A stretch of DNA of 64,000 nucleotides from Alloascoidea hylecoeti (taxonomy: Eukaryota). Below the pieces are notes generated by a model, which saw only the letters and a list, made by a program, of their open reading frames with translations, ran no database searches and was not told where the DNA came from. Made by a program: the position numbers and the translations under genes. Numbering within the stretch: position 1 is the first letter of the stretch; every line of letters begins with the position of its first letter. Below are positions 62,370 to 64,000 of this stretch, in pieces. Location: positions 438,581 through 502,580 of the forward strand of contig BCKZ01000003.1 in assembly GCA_001600815.1 (NCBI GenBank), given 5' to 3'.

Positions 62370-64000
62370 TCAATGGCGTGTAATACTTCGGTTACGGCTA
62401 AGGGATCGTGATAAATTTAATCCTCTTGGGCTTCGGCTTCTACTCCTTCCAGGTGCACCGGGCGACAGTGTCAATGGCCTCAATTCAGGCTCCTCGGGAT
62501 CCAAGCCACCTGGGCTCGTGGGCTTTTGAGTAGGTGTTTGCAGTGGTGATCCTGAGATTATCTTAATTGGTGGGGATTCCGATTCATCCCTATTCGGACT
62601 GTGAACTCCTTCCCAAGTTCGATGTTTGGCCTTCTCAGTTTGTTCCTTATCGGCTTGTTCCCGTTTCTGTCTCAATTCCTCAAGTTTTTGCTGTCTAGCG
62701 TGAAATTGTTCACTTGCTGTCTCTAACAATGGTCGGAATAACGAATCTCCAAATGTCAATAGGTCTGTTAACAGTGGAATTAAAACTCGTTCTTTAATGT
62801 TCAGCCCATTAACCACTGAATCTCCATTAATAATTCGTGGTCTCATGATGAAATGTCCGAATTGTGTTTGTTTTGAGAAAACCTCAATTAAATTGATACT
62901 AAAAATATCATCGTCATCGTCATTTTTGGAATCATCTTCCTTTTTTTCTCCTTCTTCTGCCTTCGCCTTTGATTTCCCCTTTGTATCTCTTAATCCAAAT
63001 ACCTTATTTAAATGAGCAATTATGGTATTTAGTGTGGCAAGATTACTCCATGGTAACTGAGCCAAAGTTTTGGCCAACACTTGTCGTTTTTCAACTTCAT
63101 CTATGACCTTGACATCATCCGACTCATAAATAGATTTAATTTTATCATATAATGTAAAAGGAATCAATGAATCAGGTAATTCTAACAGATACAACTCTAA
63201 AATACCCACAATTAAATGAAGTTTAACTTCTTTAAATACCTTACTTGGTTCAAATATTCCATCGTTCTCTTTTATCGAATTAACAGTTTTATTTTCTAAA
63301 TTATGAACCTTTTGTAATGATTTTTCAGAAATATAAGTTTTCCAAATTTCAGCAAAACTAATTTCACTTTTAGACTCTAACTCTTCAAGATATTCTAATA
63401 AGGTAATTAAAAATTCAGGTATTGGTGGATCTCTTCCTTTAGTTAAACTACCAAGCTCAACACCGAAAATTTCTAGATTTTGCTTTGATGAATTATAGTA
63501 ATTAATATACGTTGCTTTCCGTGGTGAATAAAATCCTAATCCATAAGTCTTAATTAATGACTCAAAACCAAGTTTATTATTGACTAATGGTATAGGTTCA
63601 CCCATAATTTCATAGGCATTATGAAGAAGAGGTGTTTGATTTTTAATGATAAGCATGATTTGTTGCATAACTGTTTTAATTGCTTCTAATCTGCTAATCT
63701 CACATTTCTCCATATATTGAAAATGTGACAAAATTGATTCCTCTAAATCTTGACGCCTAAAATTTAATTGGGAGATTTGGGTCTGATAAAATGTATCAGA
63801 ATCGTGCATTTCTCGAATTAATTTATCAGAATAGCTTTCACCTGGTAGAGTACCACGTAATGAATTTGAAATTTTATCAAATACACTAATATTTGTGCCA
63901 TTTACGGTTGTAGTAGGAACGCGAGTACTAATTGAATGAGAGCTTGGAGATGTAGGTTCATTAGAAGATGTAGTTGTTCTTCTCTTAACAAAGCTTTCCA
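62370..64000 (-). CDS. RGD2: Rgd2/Rga8-like RhoGAP (5'-partial)
   Basis: Frame is open to the window edge; RQDLEESI..YMEKCEISRLEAIK coiled region, IFGVEL, YLLELPDSLIP and NLATLNTIIAHL RhoGAP motifs. Confidence 0.7.
   Translation of the reverse strand, partial: ESFVKRRTTTSSNEPTSPSSHSISTRVPTTTVNGTNISVFDKISNSLRGTLPGESYSDKLIREMHDSDTFYQTQISQLNFRRQDLEESILSHFQYMEKCEISRLEAIKTVMQQIMLIIKNQTPLLHNAYEIMGEPIPLVNNKLGFESLIKTYGLGFYSPRKATYINYYNSSKQNLEIFGVELGSLTKGRDPPIPEFLITLLEYLEELESKSEISFAEIWKTYISEKSLQKVHNLENKTVNSIKENDGIFEPSKVFKEVKLHLIVGILELYLLELPDSLIPFTLYDKIKSIYESDDVKVIDEVEKRQVLAKTLAQLPWSNLATLNTIIAHLNKVFGLRDTKGKSKAKAEEGEKKEDDSKNDDDDDIFSINLIEVFSKQTQFGHFIMRPRIINGDSVVNGLNIKERVLIPLLTDLLTFGDSLFRPLLETASEQFHARQQKLEELRQKREQADKEQTEKAKHRTWEGVHSPNRDESESPPIKIISGSPLQTPTQKPTSPGGLDPEEPELRPLTLSPGAPGRSRSRSPRGLNLSRSLSRNRSITRH

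Overview
AT-rich fungal nuclear DNA from an intron-containing budding yeast (Saccharomycotina-like; CTG appears to be read as Leu). Conserved genes: two tandem TauD/JLP1-type dioxygenases (the first is only a 3' fragment), an unknown ORF, PET20-family, RRD2, ESA1 (1 intron), tRNA-Thr(UGU), an ADY2/ATO transporter, divergent PAC1/LIS1 and HRK1-type kinase sharing a GC-rich island, a YOR1-type ABCC transporter (1 intron), convergent TSC1 and IML1 (2 introns), an MFS sugar/polyol transporter, GND1 (4 introns, 5-nt micro-exon) and a 5'-partial RGD2-like RhoGAP. Accessory DNA: a LAMMER-kinase pseudogene, an intact gene built from three hAT-type BED-finger modules with no transposase core, a 5'-truncated LINE with a 12-bp TSD and structured 3' UTR, and a membrane-protein pseudogene. 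The most notable feature is a miniature LTR retroelement (TRIM-like: ~91-bp LTRs, tRNA-iMet-type PBS, PPT, 5-bp TSD) whose 5' LTR is split by a 2.4-kb poly(A)-tailed, RT-less L1-like element. All calls were made by eye; no searches were run.
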